A DNA stretch of 63,862 nucleotides, counting the filler, from Intoshia linei (taxonomy: Eukaryota; Animalia; Orthonectida), in assembly GCA_001642005.1 (NCBI GenBank). It is 4 parts of 4 records of this genome, joined end to end, with 100 filler letters (N's around TTAATTAATTAA, not from the genome) between each part and the next. Parts side by side here need not be neighbours in the genome. Positions count along the whole stretch, not along the records: positions 27,374 to 54,241 come from LWCA01000459.1; positions 54,342 to 62,622 come from LWCA01001470.1; positions 62,723 to 63,862 come from LWCA01002772.1; 1 more part is not named here. One strand, given 5' to 3'. A program made the position numbers and the translations under genes. This document shows positions 50,401 through 63,072 of this stretch, in pieces; the first letter of the stretch is position 1, and each line of letters begins with the position of its first letter. The notes below the pieces were generated by a model. That model did not search any database. It had not been told where the DNA came from and saw only the letters and a list, made by a program, of their open reading frames with translations.

Positions 50401-51341
50401 TGTTCAGTGCATACTGTTCACTGTATTTAATCAAGAGTGTTCATGACAAATTCATATAAATATTATTTTATAATAAACTCAAATGTTAGTATTAGTTTTA
50501 ATAATTATGTTCACATAAAACAATGTTCATTAAGTGAGGTGTTAGAGTTCAACAGGATTGACTGTGTGTATTTTTCAAAAATTTGTAAAAGTTCCGAATA
50601 TGTATAGAAATTTCTAGAATATTCTTATTACTATAAAATACAATTTGACTGTATACATAAAGTATTCATGGAAATAATTTTGTACGTTTATAAAATATAA
50701 CTACACTAAAAATTTAAAAGTAATAAAAATTTTAAAAATGAGAATCAAAGCTGCTAAATTTTTTTAAAAACCAATAAGATTGGGACAGATGACTGCTAGT
50801 ATATTGAATAAAAAACTTGTAAATTTTTTCATCTTGTAAAATTTTAAAGTGATAATTGAATTTTTCACAAGCATGTGATTTGTATATTGGTTCCAGTGCT
50901 GTAAAAACTTTTGACCTAAAAATAAAAAATTTCATATGACTTAGCTGTCTTAAATTATATATTAATTGCTAACCAAGTTTCATTTTCTTCATTAGTATAA
51001 TTTATGATGGGTAATTCTTGTCCACTAATTTAAATTTGAAAAAAACAAAAATCAATATACAATTTATAACGGTTGGATATTTCTGCAATATCTTGTCTTC
51101 TTTTTATGTATTCCTTGTCGTGAAAACCCTAAATGTAATTTACCTGTTATAAATAATGTACATTTTATTTACATTACATGTAATGTGTTAAAATTCAAAT
51201 ATCATTACTGGATGATCAGCGGTTAATTCTTTTGATGAAATAATATTTTGAAATGAATAATCCAAATCACTTGCATGTTTAAGTACAAGATTAGCTATTA
51301 TTACATTTTAGTTTTTTCTTATTAAATTTACCTTTTCTCAT
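47493..51341 (-). CDS. TPH: Tryptophan 5-hydroxylase (aromatic amino acid hydroxylase), apparently catalytic core only; ~11 exons
   Basis: ADHP|[32 protein letters not shown]|[28 protein letters not shown]|GLLS, TTFQ. Fe ligands His-His-Glu are present; YLSPRDF and CYFFT are TPH-type rather than PAH/TH-type. Confidence 0.9.
49361..49449. repeat. 42-bp tandem repeat (2+ copies) in a TPH intron
   Basis: tgtatagatgccaaaaactacac...tggtt occurs twice. Confidence 0.75.
49519..50294 (-). mobile_element. Degenerate Tc1/Tc3-family transposon in a TPH intron
   Basis: [31 protein letters not shown]; ta|cactccgtccaataattataacaa TIR with an inner repeat at ~49713. Confidence 0.9.
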
Positions 51342-52568
51342 TTTATATTTTATAACCAAAAAAAATAAATTATTTTTAATTTATAATAATGAAAATGACT
51401 AAAACAAATATTTTATAATTTAAATATTGATTTTGTGTCGTTTAACTTATTTTTAAATTACCTTTCTGTCAGGTCGGGATTAATTACATATATTTTTTTC
51501 AGTATCCATTATTTTATTGATGTTACATAATTAATGTCATTAATAATGATATATATTATAACACCATAATTACTTTTAATTGATTTACAAGCTAAAGAAA
51601 TGTTGTACAATAGGGTGTCGCACAAATTGGAATCAGGTTGCCAACTGCGCAATTTTCCCTCTGAGAATTCGGGTTTTCAAATTCAACTCAGGGCTCAGGG
51701 TTAAGTGATATTTCTCAGGGTAATTTAATTATTTCAATCAAAATCATCAGATCAGACATATTTTATTTATATTCTATAATTTTTTAAAAAAATAGTAAAA
51801 ATAGCAATAAGCAAGATCTTTTGGATTGTTTCAAAAAATTTATTAAATATTTATTTTAGAATCTTCACGAAGAAATATAATGAGGAAATTGAAAAATAAA
51901 TAAATTTGTATATGTTAATACAGTAATACACCTTGTAAATATTTTATAATACGAAACTAAGAACCTCCCAATCGTATTTTTCTTATATTCAAAGTCTTAA
52001 AGTGTAGTTGTTTCATCAATATTGAAAATATGATCTGTGTATAGCCACTATATTTAATTATAGAATTCGAAAATAAAAAAATGGGATGTAAATAACCTTT
52101 TGTGAAATGGTTTATAGTTTGTTTTTAATTTTTCTCTGAACATACTATCACGCAGTAGTTGAAAACCCTGTCTTACATTTTAGAACAGAACATAAACTAG
52201 AATTTTTTAATCGATTAACTTTCGTTTCTGTTTCAAAATATACAATTTAAATTTCTGATTTATTACTGTAATTGATAACTATTATCTAAATTATTTTTTC
52301 TTGTATGCTCAATTTTTTTAATTGCATTCTAGTGCGCTCCAATTGAAAACACTGATCTAATGTATATTATAAAATATGCCGATTACATTAATACGAGAAT
52401 TCAGAGGTAATAAGTTTTGTAATAATAATCTTAATTTGAAAAAGTAATCGATTTTTTGCAATTAAACTTGTGAAAGAGACCTCTAATTTTATTAAAAATG
52501 TATATAAATTATTGGAGTTTTATACAGATTGTAATATTGATTAAGATATAAAGAGGGTTTATCAGAAT

Positions 52569-52907
52569 GTGCAAACTCGCTTAGCAGCGTCGCAGCCTTA
52601 TATGAAATCACTAGTAGAAGAGTTCTCAGATGTTTTTAACGAGCAGCCTAGAAGAACAAGTACGATAAAATTTGAAATCAAATTGAAGGATAGCACAAAG
52701 TCCATACGGGGACCGGTGTATGCTGCACCAGGGAACGTTAGAATCCAATTACTTAAACATCTCCAAGAAATGTTGGAAATAAACATAATTGAACCATCAA
52801 AGAGCAGTTGGCGATCCCTTTGTTGTTTTGTACCTAAAAAAGATGGGAAAAATCGCTTTGTAGTCGATTTCCGTGAATTAAATAGGTGCAGTACTCAAAC
52901 AAAATAA
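52569..52907 (+). mobile_element. Ty3/gypsy retrotransposon pol fragment (start of RT)
   Basis: EFSDVF...IIEPSKSSWRS...FVPKKDGKNRFVVDFRELN. Confidence 0.9.
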
Positions 52908-53294
52908 CCCTATAATTCAGTATGCTAGCAAAACACTAGATAAGTCTCAACGATATTATCAAGATATCAAGAATATTATTGTATTTTCAAACATTTAACA
53001 TGGTTAAAAGTGGATTCAGTTCTGTAACAAAATATTCAGTAAAGATAGAAATAAAATTAATGTATGTCAAAGAGGAGATATTGGTATCAAATTAACCACA
53101 TAAAACTAAGAATAAATTTAGTTGGTCCTCAATCATCAGGCGCAAGAATCATATGGAAATAAATAAAAATTATTTATTGATTTTATAAAAAGTATAGTTC
53201 ATTTTATTATAGGGGAGTTGATTTATAAATTTATGAATTATGGTGTAATGAGGGCGTTGGTTTATAACGATTGAGAACCCGTTATATATTACTA

Positions 53295-53501
53295 AAATCT
53301 TAAAATCTGACATTGATTACATTTTGACAAAAGCCAGTTTTTTTCGTAATGGAATTAAAAAGCTACAGGAACGTTGCAGAAGAATTGCTGAATGCAACGG
53401 AGAATATTTTGTAGAATAAAGTTTAATCAAAATTATGAATTTAAGTTTTAATTATACAAACGTAGTTATAAAAACGACATTACTTTGTGAATGACGTAAT
53501 A
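53295..53501 (+). mobile_element. mariner transposase C-terminal relic + right TIR
   Basis: SFFRNGIKKLQERCRRIAECNGEYFVE*; TIR aaaaacgacattactttgtgaatgacgtaata matches the reverse complement of the 62411 TIR. Confidence 0.8.
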
Positions 53502-53542
53502 CTATGTGTCACATAGGTTCATATATTTGATAATAAATAAAT

Positions 53543-54148
53543 TTATTTATTATTCCATTTTTTAAGTGGTTTTTTAGAACGTTCAACAGGAGAAAATAGA
53601 ATATAATCACCTGGAACAGCAATTTTAACATCTCGGTCAACAGTGAAATGCATAAGGATTCCTTTTTTGTTAAGTTCTGAAAATAGTACAATTATAAAAA
53701 ATTAAATATCAATAAAATTAACGTACTTTTAATTTCAGATTTTTCGTTGACTAAAACAAACATGTATTTTGTTTCCTGTAGAACAATTCCTTCAATACCA
53801 ATCAAATTTTTATTTGTGGCCTCAATAATTTTTATTTTAGCACCATGATAATCAATTTTCAAAAATTTCCTATAAAAAAACAAATTTTTACGCATTATCA
53901 TAATTTGTATAACTTACACAGCCCTCAATTTCAAGTAATTTTAGTGATACTTAAACTTTAAATAATTATTACACATTATACTTAAAGAAAAAATTACTCA
54001 ACCAGTTTTTTAGCATACTTTTGCCATGTTGTATGTAATTTTAAATTAAATTAAATAATTTCCGTAACTAAAAACATTACATTTAAAACAATTAAAAAAA
54101 ATAAACTTAACTTTTGATAAATCTATCAGAGTTTGTTTAGAAAGCATA
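53543..54148 (-). CDS. POP4: RNase P/MRP subunit p29 (Pop4); reading frame appears disrupted in the 5' exons
   Basis: LHTTWQKYAKKL; KIDYHGAKIKIIEATNKNLIGIEGIVLQETKYMFVLV; PGDYILFSPVERSKK. An apparent 10-nt insertion is present at ~54043-54052. Confidence 0.8.
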
Positions 54149-54241
54149 ATTTTTTTACAATTTCATCAAATCCAATTTTTGATGGTTTATATGGGTATAA
54201 ATTTGTTGATGTTGGATCACGAATATATAATTTTATAAATT

Positions 54242-54341
54242 NNNNNNNNNNNNNNNNNNNNNNNNNNNNNNNNNNNNNNNNNNNNTTAATTAATTAANNN
54301 NNNNNNNNNNNNNNNNNNNNNNNNNNNNNNNNNNNNNNNNN
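54242..54341. other. Assembly gap/spacer with TTAATTAATTAA linker
   Basis: N run with six-frame stop linker. Confidence 0.95.
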
Positions 54342-54399
54342 GATTTGTAACAGTATTCATTTACATGTCCATTTTGACCGCATTTAGAACATAACAGAA

Positions 54400-55098
54400 T
54401 CATATGTTTAAAATTACAATTATCATTTTGGCATATTTTTTCCCATGTAAAAATTCATTAATCTGATTGTCGACAATATTCAAATTAGAGAATTTGTTTA
54501 CATTTCGATTTATTTTATATTTGTTTGAGTAACTATTACTTTTACTTGCCATTTTGTTTGTTTGCACGTGTACCGGTGTGATTTGGGTTGACTTTGGGGG
54601 ATTCATTTTTAGCAATTCAATGGTTTTGCTTAAATCTGTAGTCACATTAACAATACTGGTATAACTCGTCCAATTATACCTTTTCAGACAATTGAGCAGA
54701 ATTTCATGACAAATTGAATTAGAATTTGTATCATTTCGGTAAGCCAATTTACCAATCTTTTAACTTTAACTACAAATTTTCTTCCTAGGAAATTCTATTC
54801 TTAAATCTGCAATGTTTTGAATGGCATCACATCTTGATTCTACTATTAAACCTTCCATCCGTTTAACTTGAATAACCAATTCATTGACATCGACTGGAAG
54901 TTTTTCCTCTAGTGGAAGCTCTTGTAAACTAATTTCAAGATTAAATATTATGAGTTTGACCTGATCCGATTGGGGTGCTGGGCAAGATTCACTCCATCAT
55001 CTAATCAATTTTCCCTATGTCTCTACATTCCATTTTGAAAATTTAGGCATTGGAAAAACAAAATTTGTTGGTTTTACGTCTAGCATTTGATTGCTCAT
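54400..55098 (-). pseudogene. Degraded coding relic, possibly LTR-retrotransposon gag-like
   Basis: ~700 bp of broken frames (MSNQMLDVKPTNFVFPMPKFSKWNVET*...) without introns, with stops and a frameshift; family not recognised with certainty. Confidence 0.35.
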
Positions 55099-56596
55099 TT
55101 TTAATTTATAATTGTAATGAGTAATGTGACTGTAGTGAGTTTCGATAAATATTTAATAACACAAAATTATATTTAAAAGTGTTTGATAATTTTTGTATAT
55201 AGAGAATGTCTTGAGCAAATATTGATAAAGGTAAATGTTTATATTCATTGCGTTGTTATGTACACGCTACAGTGACAATAAATTAATGAATACAAAAAAT
55301 TATAAATTAAAGCTATTCATAGCATATATTAGTAAAATTGACGTGGACGATTCGTGTAACTATTGTAATAAAGTTGCATGATAAGAATTTGTTAATAGTA
55401 ACGCTACACAGTGAAAGGGTTAAAATTATTTTAAATTTTACGATTTTTTTTTTTGTATTTTTAGTTTACTGTAATGCAGGGGTTCTCAACTTTTTTAAAG
55501 CAACGCCCCCATTCCACCATAATTTTTAAATGAGATGATACAACCTATGATAAAATGAACTATAATTTTTATAGAATCAATAATAATGGTAAATAATTAT
55601 ATTTTATTTTCATGTGATCCTTGTGCCTGATGATTAAGTGCCAACTCTTTTATTATTGGTTTTTACTGGTTAGTTTGATAACAATATCCTTTTTGATATA
55701 TTAATTTTGTTCTATCTTACAAAATAAATAAGGGCAAACATTTTTTTATCAAAATATCAAAAATAATATATTTGACATTTTTAATAATATTGGTTGCAGC
55801 GCTCCCTAAATATTGAAAACGCTCACGTTGAGATCCCCTGCTGAAATCTATTCAATTTCAAATATATATTCAAATGTGTAACACGTCTGAATCGAAAAAA
55901 CTTGAAACGATGAAATTATTAAATATTTTTGTACTTTAAATTAGACATTCTCAATCCTTTTTCGATATGGACCCCAAAAAAATTATATACATTACATCCA
56001 TTACTTATAAAATGCAATGTGTGTGTTACCGTATATTTAAAAAAGCTTATGTTATGGAACACGTTTGAAAGTCATTACCATTGGCGTAAAACTCAGACTC
56101 ATAAACTTACATATTCATATCTAAAGCCCTAAATTAACCTTTTTTTACAAATGAAAAAAGTTATAAAATTTTATAAAACATACATTCTGTGATAGTTTTT
56201 TTATAATTATAAGCATTATCATAATAGAAATCCCAAATGTTACCTTGATATTACATATATTAAATATTACAGGTAATATAAAGGACTTTTTGATAATCTG
56301 TCATGGGAAACAGGTTTTGGAAACCACTGCTTCATCTGAAATGCATGATGGTAAAAATATATACTACAAGTATTTAAAATTTGATTTTTTCTGGGATTAA
56401 TGTTTTTATGACGCTTTTTTAGGTTTTTGACCATAATTTGAATCAAATTATTTGATCATAATTTTTAAGATCATACACTCATTTATGGACCCAAAAAACT
56501 ACTGTGAAACCTGTTGAGAATGGTTGGTTTAAACAATTTTTTCTTTATAGTGGTGTGTCATTGTACACTAGGGTGTCATATCGTTTTTAAATTTTG

Positions 56597-57113
56597 AGAA
56601 TTTGAAAGACGGAGTAGCTAGGTGGAGTGTATTTTTGAATGCAGATCACGATGTTTTAACAGTTTTTCAAAAAAATCAGTAACGACGTTGCGTTGCTTAA
56701 TTATTTAATTAACAAAAAAAAGCTAAATTCAACTTTATTTTTATGTTTTTCTTAATTAAATTCTTGCTTCGTTTGGGAAGAAAAATTAAAAAAATTGTAT
56801 ATTTAAATATATCGTGTTCAGCTACATAATTTACAATTGACTATATTCTATAATATCAAAAAAAAAATTTGAAAATTATAGTTATTATTTTGTTTGGTGT
56901 TTAAACAATATTTTATGGGGTGAATAAATTTAGACACTTTTGTAACGTTTCGAAAATTTTACTCTAATTATATAAGAGACATTAAGATAGTAATAATACG
57001 TAAACATTTTATATAACGTCGTTACTGGACCAATCTCTGAGTTAGTCATCGGATTGTTATTTTTTTTTAAAAATACACCCCACCTAGCTACTCCATCTTT
57101 CAAATTCTAAAAT
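56597..57113. mobile_element. MITE-like element with ~40-bp inverted repeats
   Basis: agaatttgaaagacggagtagctaggtggagtgtatttt / aaaatacaccccacctagctactccatctttcaaattct. Confidence 0.7.
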
Positions 57114-57417
57114 TTTTTCCATTTTAAAATTAATCAGAAAGATTATGTTAATTATTTGATATATATTTGTTTGAATACATAATTTTGACTTTATTCATCT
57201 TTATCAGACTGGTATTACCAGTCATCTAACCTTTTTGTTATTTTGATTTAGGAATTCAATTAGGTGAATTTTGACGTAAATTTTGTTTTATCCGATGACA
57301 TGATCCACATAAAAATTTTATGGATAAGTAGGGTTGACAATTCACCGAATAAATTTTTGCATTTATTATTTTACATTTTTACAAAATAGACGTTGAAAAT
57401 ACTTATTTGTTTTATAG

Positions 57418-57568
57418 AAAATTAAGGAGGAGAGTTAAAGAATTTATGGCCAATAGAGCTGACACCACCGGATATTATACCATTCCTAGTAATCCCAGTC
57501 GTATACTTGTTTCAAGAAGACTTAATAAAGAATATGATGATCGTAGAGGATATTCAGACGATATTTAA
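57418..57568 (+). CDS. Probable terminal exon of an unidentified gene
   Basis: After tttatag acceptor: KLRRRVKEFMANRADTTGYYTIPSNPSRILVSRRLNKEYDDRRGYSDDI*; GC-richer and coding-like. Confidence 0.45.
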
Positions 57569-58586
57569 TTTACATTTTAATTAATTAAATTTTTATTAGT
57601 AACACCTGTATGTAATACTAGCCTAGGGAGAAATTGAAAAATTTTTACAACCCAGCAATGCTTACTAACGATATCTTTGAGAATACCTATTCTGATTTAA
57701 TCCAAGCTTTGTATTTTCTAGTCTAATTCTATTTAAAAGTGTATGGCCTAAAATTTAGGCCCTAAATTACATGTCTAATGAACTAAATATATAATCCACA
57801 AAATAAAATATAGAAATGAAAATTTTAGCCGTATCTCGATAACATTTAGTCAAAATCAGACTTAATCGTTACAATTTCTTCCTATCAGCCCTTTCCGCAA
57901 CACCGAATATCAAACATTTAAACTGTAACAATTCAGTAATAATATTACCAACATCACAGCCGAACCAGTAAATAAACTTAATCTTAGGAAACCAATCAGG
58001 CAACACCATTCTATTGACAAACAAAATTGAAGAAACTTAAATTATACTTTAACTATAATTAAATTTGTTTGAACTAATTGACTCAATATCCTTACAAATT
58101 CATTTATTGTTATTTAACTTTACATTTAAAGTTTGTTTCTATAGTTTTAAATTCTCTATCTCACCAACTTTTTCGAAATACCAAAAATGGCGAGTTATAG
58201 AGAACAGTTTACACAAATAAAATGAGAAATGTTATAAATCCAAAACTTTTTGTTTAGTGTGATGTACCGTAATTGCCTCTATTAGTTCATGTTAGTAATT
58301 ATCGTTATGGAATAGTTTATAACCAGATTCTGATACATAATAAAAAGACTAATTTACTTAGATGTGAATTCATTTTTTTAATTAAAATCATAAATACAAA
58401 CGAAAAATATATTATTAATTATCTTAAAATTACTTAAAACGCGCAAACAAATTTATATATGCAATATTATAAACTAATACACGGTGCCACTAATATGTAT
58501 TTGTTCTACATTTAGTTACTTGGAAGTGAATAAACAAATTATCACAAACCTGTATAATACCATTTTACATTTATATATTTTAAACA

Positions 58587-60147
58587 ATGTTGAATTTGGC
58601 AATTCTTTTATCATTTTTTGTTTTTATAGTTGCGGAGCCTACAAAACTATACGATAATTTGGTCTACACAAAAGTGAGTGATGTGGATGGATTTATTGTA
58701 GAAGAATCGTACAAAAGGATAAGAAAAGTTAAAGACGAATTTAAAGTTAATCCAGAAATTTTTAATCCAGCGTATACTGTTAAAAATGAAGAATATTTGG
58801 ATCCATCTATCAATGCGAATATTATTGATGAACTTACTCGCAAGAGTAATGGATATGCTACATATGGACACAACAAGTTTGCATATATTCCCGTTGCTCA
58901 ATTTAATAAAAAGTACATGAGCCCAGTTAATATGCGAACCATTTTACCTTCACATAAATCTGAAATTTTTGATTCCACGTTATTGTCTTCCAATAATTTT
59001 GAAAATGAAACTTATTTCAATTGGATGGAACATAATGTTGTCGCTGAAGTTAAAGATCAGGGTATTTTATTTTATATACGTGTTATCGTGTTTACATTTC
59101 TAATAACATTGCTTTTAAATACATATAATTCTAGGATTTTATTAGTACAATACAAATTTGTGTTATAAACAGAATATTTTCACAATTACTCAGATATAGC
59201 TAATACTGCCTACCAACCCTTATCACATGGGTCTGCAGAAATACTTTTTATTCAATTGTCATTAAGAATTGTAGGGTCATTGCCGTATACAATACACATT
59301 TATAATGTAACACTTTTGGCACTGTCTATTAAATTCCTTTCGTTTTACTTGTTTACATAGAATTTAAAGTATTTAATGAAATATCAAATCTAGGTCAGGG
59401 GTGTACAACTTTTCCATCAATTCAACCGCAAAGATACTTTACTCATTGATACTACGGCCGCAAGTTGTGTACCCTTGATCTAGATTATTAATCAATTAGA
59501 ATGATACATTCTTGATGAGGGCTACTTTTAGATTTAATTTAATTATAAGTTTAGGAGCATGTGGATCCTGTTGGGCATTTTCTGCGACAGGTTGTATGGA
59601 AGGACAATATGCAATAAAACATAAAAAATTGGTTTCTTTTTCAGAACAGGAATTGGTTGACTGTGATGATACTGACAACGGTTGCAATGGGGGCTTACCT
59701 ACCAATGCCTTTGAAAAAATAAAAGTTTTAGGCGGAATAGAAGCTGAAACTCAGTATCCTTATCATCCCTACAAAACAATGTGCATGTTTACTAAAAAAA
59801 AGATAATAGCCGTTGTCAAGAGTGACTATGTTATTGAAAAGAATGAAAATGTATTGAAAAAAGTTCTTAGGCAAGTCGGCCCCATTTCTATTGGAATTAA
59901 TGCAGATAGTTTGCAATTCTATACAGGCGGCATTCATAATCCAACTAACTGTGATCCTTATATGCTTGACCATGGTGTTCTCATTGTTGGGTATGGTACT
60001 GAAATAATCAATTCGAAAAATGTTGATTATTGGATTATCAAAAATAGTTGGGGTACTGGTTGGGGTGAAAAAGGATATTTTAGAATGTTAAGAGGAACCA
60101 ATAAATGCGGAATCATTGAAATGGCTAGTATGGTTGTTTTGGAATAA
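58587..60147 (+). CDS. Papain-family (C1A) cysteine protease, cathepsin F/L-like; exons 58587-59061 and 59555-60147
   Basis: Signal peptide; VKDQG|ACGSCWAFS (Gln/Cys), SEQELVDCD, GCNGG, LDHGVLIVGYG (His), WIIKNSWG (Asn). Confidence 0.95.
59395..59477. mobile_element. Short hAT MITE in the cathepsin intron; related inverted copy at ~28103-28168
   Basis: caggggtgtacaactt / aagttgtgtacccttg; TSD atctaggt/atctagat. Confidence 0.75.
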
Positions 60148-61241
60148 ATTTATCTTAGTTTTAATTTTTTCTATTGTATTATTTGTTATTTTATTTGTAT
60201 ATTTATAAGTATATTTGTATTGTATAATTTCGTTTGGTCTATATCAGTGGTTTTCAACCTTTTTGTGTTCGCGACCCCTTATAAACATAAAAGAATTTCG
60301 CAACCCAAAAATTTTCTATATACTCAAAACATGACATTAATTCACATAAATAAAATTACTAAAAAAGCAAATTCAGTTTTATTTATATTTTATACTGTGC
60401 TCAGTACAATCTATTATTATAATTATAATAACTAAATTTAATTTCTTCATGTGAAATTTGAGGTTGCATTATAGCTACAATTATTGATATCCTGGGCAGT
60501 GTATGCGATAAGGCGAGCCTCATATCATCCTTAACATTCAGTCTGTATTTTGACTTTGTTTTTATATGAACAAACGTTAATTATTTCAAATGTTTTGTTA
60601 ATAAAATAGTTTCGAAATAAAAAAATAAATATTAAAGTACTTTTTGGAATGTTAAGGCGTCATTTATTCAGATTGAAATTTTTTATTGTGTATCTGTATC
60701 TGTGTATCTTAACAGGATATAACTGTGCCATTTGTACTTTTTTTAAATTATAGAGCTGTTTTCATTTAAAAAATGGGTTTTGATCGTGAAAATTATTTTT
60801 TTTAGGTTTTTATTACTGATAGTGTTTATGATTTTAAAAAGTATTTGCATATTTAACGAAAAAGTTATTTCGGTACAAAAAAAATCTGACGTAACAGACA
60901 CTTTGTGATATGGTATATAACTAGTTTGGAATGAATGCAATAAAGAATTTCTGACAATGTAATTTACACTATTCTAATCGAATTTTTTATACATCGACGC
61001 AACTATATTGGATCAAGCAAGTTTTTTTTACAATAAATTGTATGACAAATAAAACGTCAATAGAATATTTAGAAACTGAAATATAATCTATAAACCAGAC
61101 GCTTTCACACCAAAAATTAAGCTAACCCTGAATGGTTAAAAATAATGCAATTAATTTAAATAAACAAAAACCAACATATAAATTTAATGAAAAATTAGTG
61201 CAAATACATTCAGATTATTGTAAACTATGAAATTAGAGACA

Positions 61242-62363
61242 TTATTCCATAATAACCATCAAAGCCATTTCAGTGATACCGCATTTGTTGTCTCCTCTCA
61301 AGATTCTGAAATAACCTTTCTCACCCCAATCGGCTCCCCAACTGTTTTTTACAATCCAATAAACAACCGATTTATTATCAATTGTTTCAAATCCATACCC
61401 GACAATGAGAACAGCATGATTCAGATATGTCTCGGTTATATGACTCTCTTTATATGGAAAACCACCATTACACCCATAATCAGTATTGTCACAATTAACG
61501 ATTTCTTGTTTAGAAAATGAAAGAAGGTTTGAATTTTTTATGGCATATTGACCTTCCATACATCCAGTCACTGAAAATGCCCAACATGAACCGCAAGGAC
61601 CTAAAATTTGTAAATAATATTTTATATTTTACAAAAGTTTCATTCTATTAAATGTGGATCCCTCGAAAAAAATTAATCATAATCTTGAATGTAAAGTCAA
61701 ACAATATATCAGGCATTTTGTAAATTTAAAATGTAGAAACAGCTGATAATCCCGATAATGATGATGGATACTCCCTATAAGCCATGGAATCTCAAGATGT
61801 ATTAAAAATTATGACAAATGATAGTTAATTATATTTACATATTAATATTTAAAATAAATTACCTTGATTCTTAATTTCAGTAACAACTCCGTGATCAGCT
61901 CAATTGAAAGATGGTGGTGAAGTACGTCCGTGATACCCTGTTTTTTTGTGTATTTTAAATATGTTAGATGATATAGTTATATTGTCGAATCCTCTAATCT
62001 CAGCATGGGGTGAGTTGTACATGTTGACTTGACTCAAATATTTGGCATTGAATTCATTGACGGAAATTAAAGCAAATTTATTATTTCCATAAGTTGCATA
62101 TCTATTACTTGCTTTAGTCAATTCAGCAGCAATTTTTTGATTATATTTTGGATGCGTGAATTCTTCATTACTAGCAGAGTTCATGAGTCTCTCGTTTTCA
62201 TTTGAGATATAAAATCATCCTTTCTGCTTCTAATTCGGTTATAAGATTCTCTGACAATGAAGCCATCTTCTTCTTTAACGGTGACGAATTTCAAATCTTT
62301 AAACAATACTTCCCCAAAAATGGAGTTAATTTGTAGAAAAGCAAGAATTAATGCAAGATACAT
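61242..62363 (-). pseudogene. Inverted duplicate of the cathepsin, pseudogenised
   Basis: Same exon structure (IKNQG|PCGSCWAFS); frameshift near 62184; TGA replacing the conserved Trp at 61900-61902; ~70 aa missing between GGFPYK and YLNHAV. Confidence 0.85.
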
Positions 62364-62412
62364 TGAAAATGTAATAAAATGAATACAAGGAAGAATTTTT
62401 GTACAAATACTA

Positions 62413-62622
62413 TTAGGTCGTTTCATAAGTAATGTCGTTTTTTTAACAAAATTAAAAAGTTTATTTGATTACATTAAAAATAAAGTTATATTATAAAATA
62501 TTCAACATTGCTTTCCAGTCTTTTTCCAACGTTCCGGTAGTCTATTCATACCATTAGCATAAAAACTTGCTTCTTTATTGGACAAAAACTTTTCTATGTC
62601 CAATTTTAACCCTTCATTTGAA
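62413..62622 (-). mobile_element. mariner element 3' end, truncated by the gap
   Basis: ta|ttaggtcgtttcataagtaatgtcgttttt TIR; minus frame FYANGMNRLPERWKK. Confidence 0.85.
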
Positions 62623-62722
62623 NNNNNNNNNNNNNNNNNNNNNNNNNNNNNNNNNNNNNNNNNNNNTTAATTAATTAANNNNNNNNNNNNNNNNNNNNNN
62701 NNNNNNNNNNNNNNNNNNNNNN
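62623..62722. other. Assembly gap/spacer with TTAATTAATTAA linker
   Basis: N run with six-frame stop linker. Confidence 0.95.
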
Positions 62723-63072
62723 TATTGAACTAGCACTAAGACGAGAATTAGACGCTTCTCGCAATAAAAGTCGTCTTTCAGATGGACTTAATGTCTATCA
62801 CATCGCTTGTAATTGTTATCACATTGACAATCGCTATTCCGTTTTGAATTTAGCTATTATCACATCGGTTGTAATTATTATCATATCGATAGTGAAATGG
62901 TATAGTCAAATATATATGCTCTTAAAATAATATTATAATAATATATTATACATTGTATAAGATTACATAGACATACATTACAATGTATAATGATATATTA
63001 AAAATTGAATTTACGATTTGATATATTCTCACCCGAAATAGAAAATTTAAAATGTAATTATATAGGAATTAC

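Noticed and set aside
61900-61902. In-frame TGA at a conserved Trp as evidence of recoding (TGA=Trp or Sec)
   Set aside because: The same copy has a frameshift and a deletion, and intact genes here use TGG for Trp and TGA as stop.
62723-62800. Continuation exon of the 63073 gene
   Set aside because: Reads LSPSERRLLLREASNSRLSASSI, more like a Tc1/Tc3 transposase N-terminal fragment at a contig end; too short to call.
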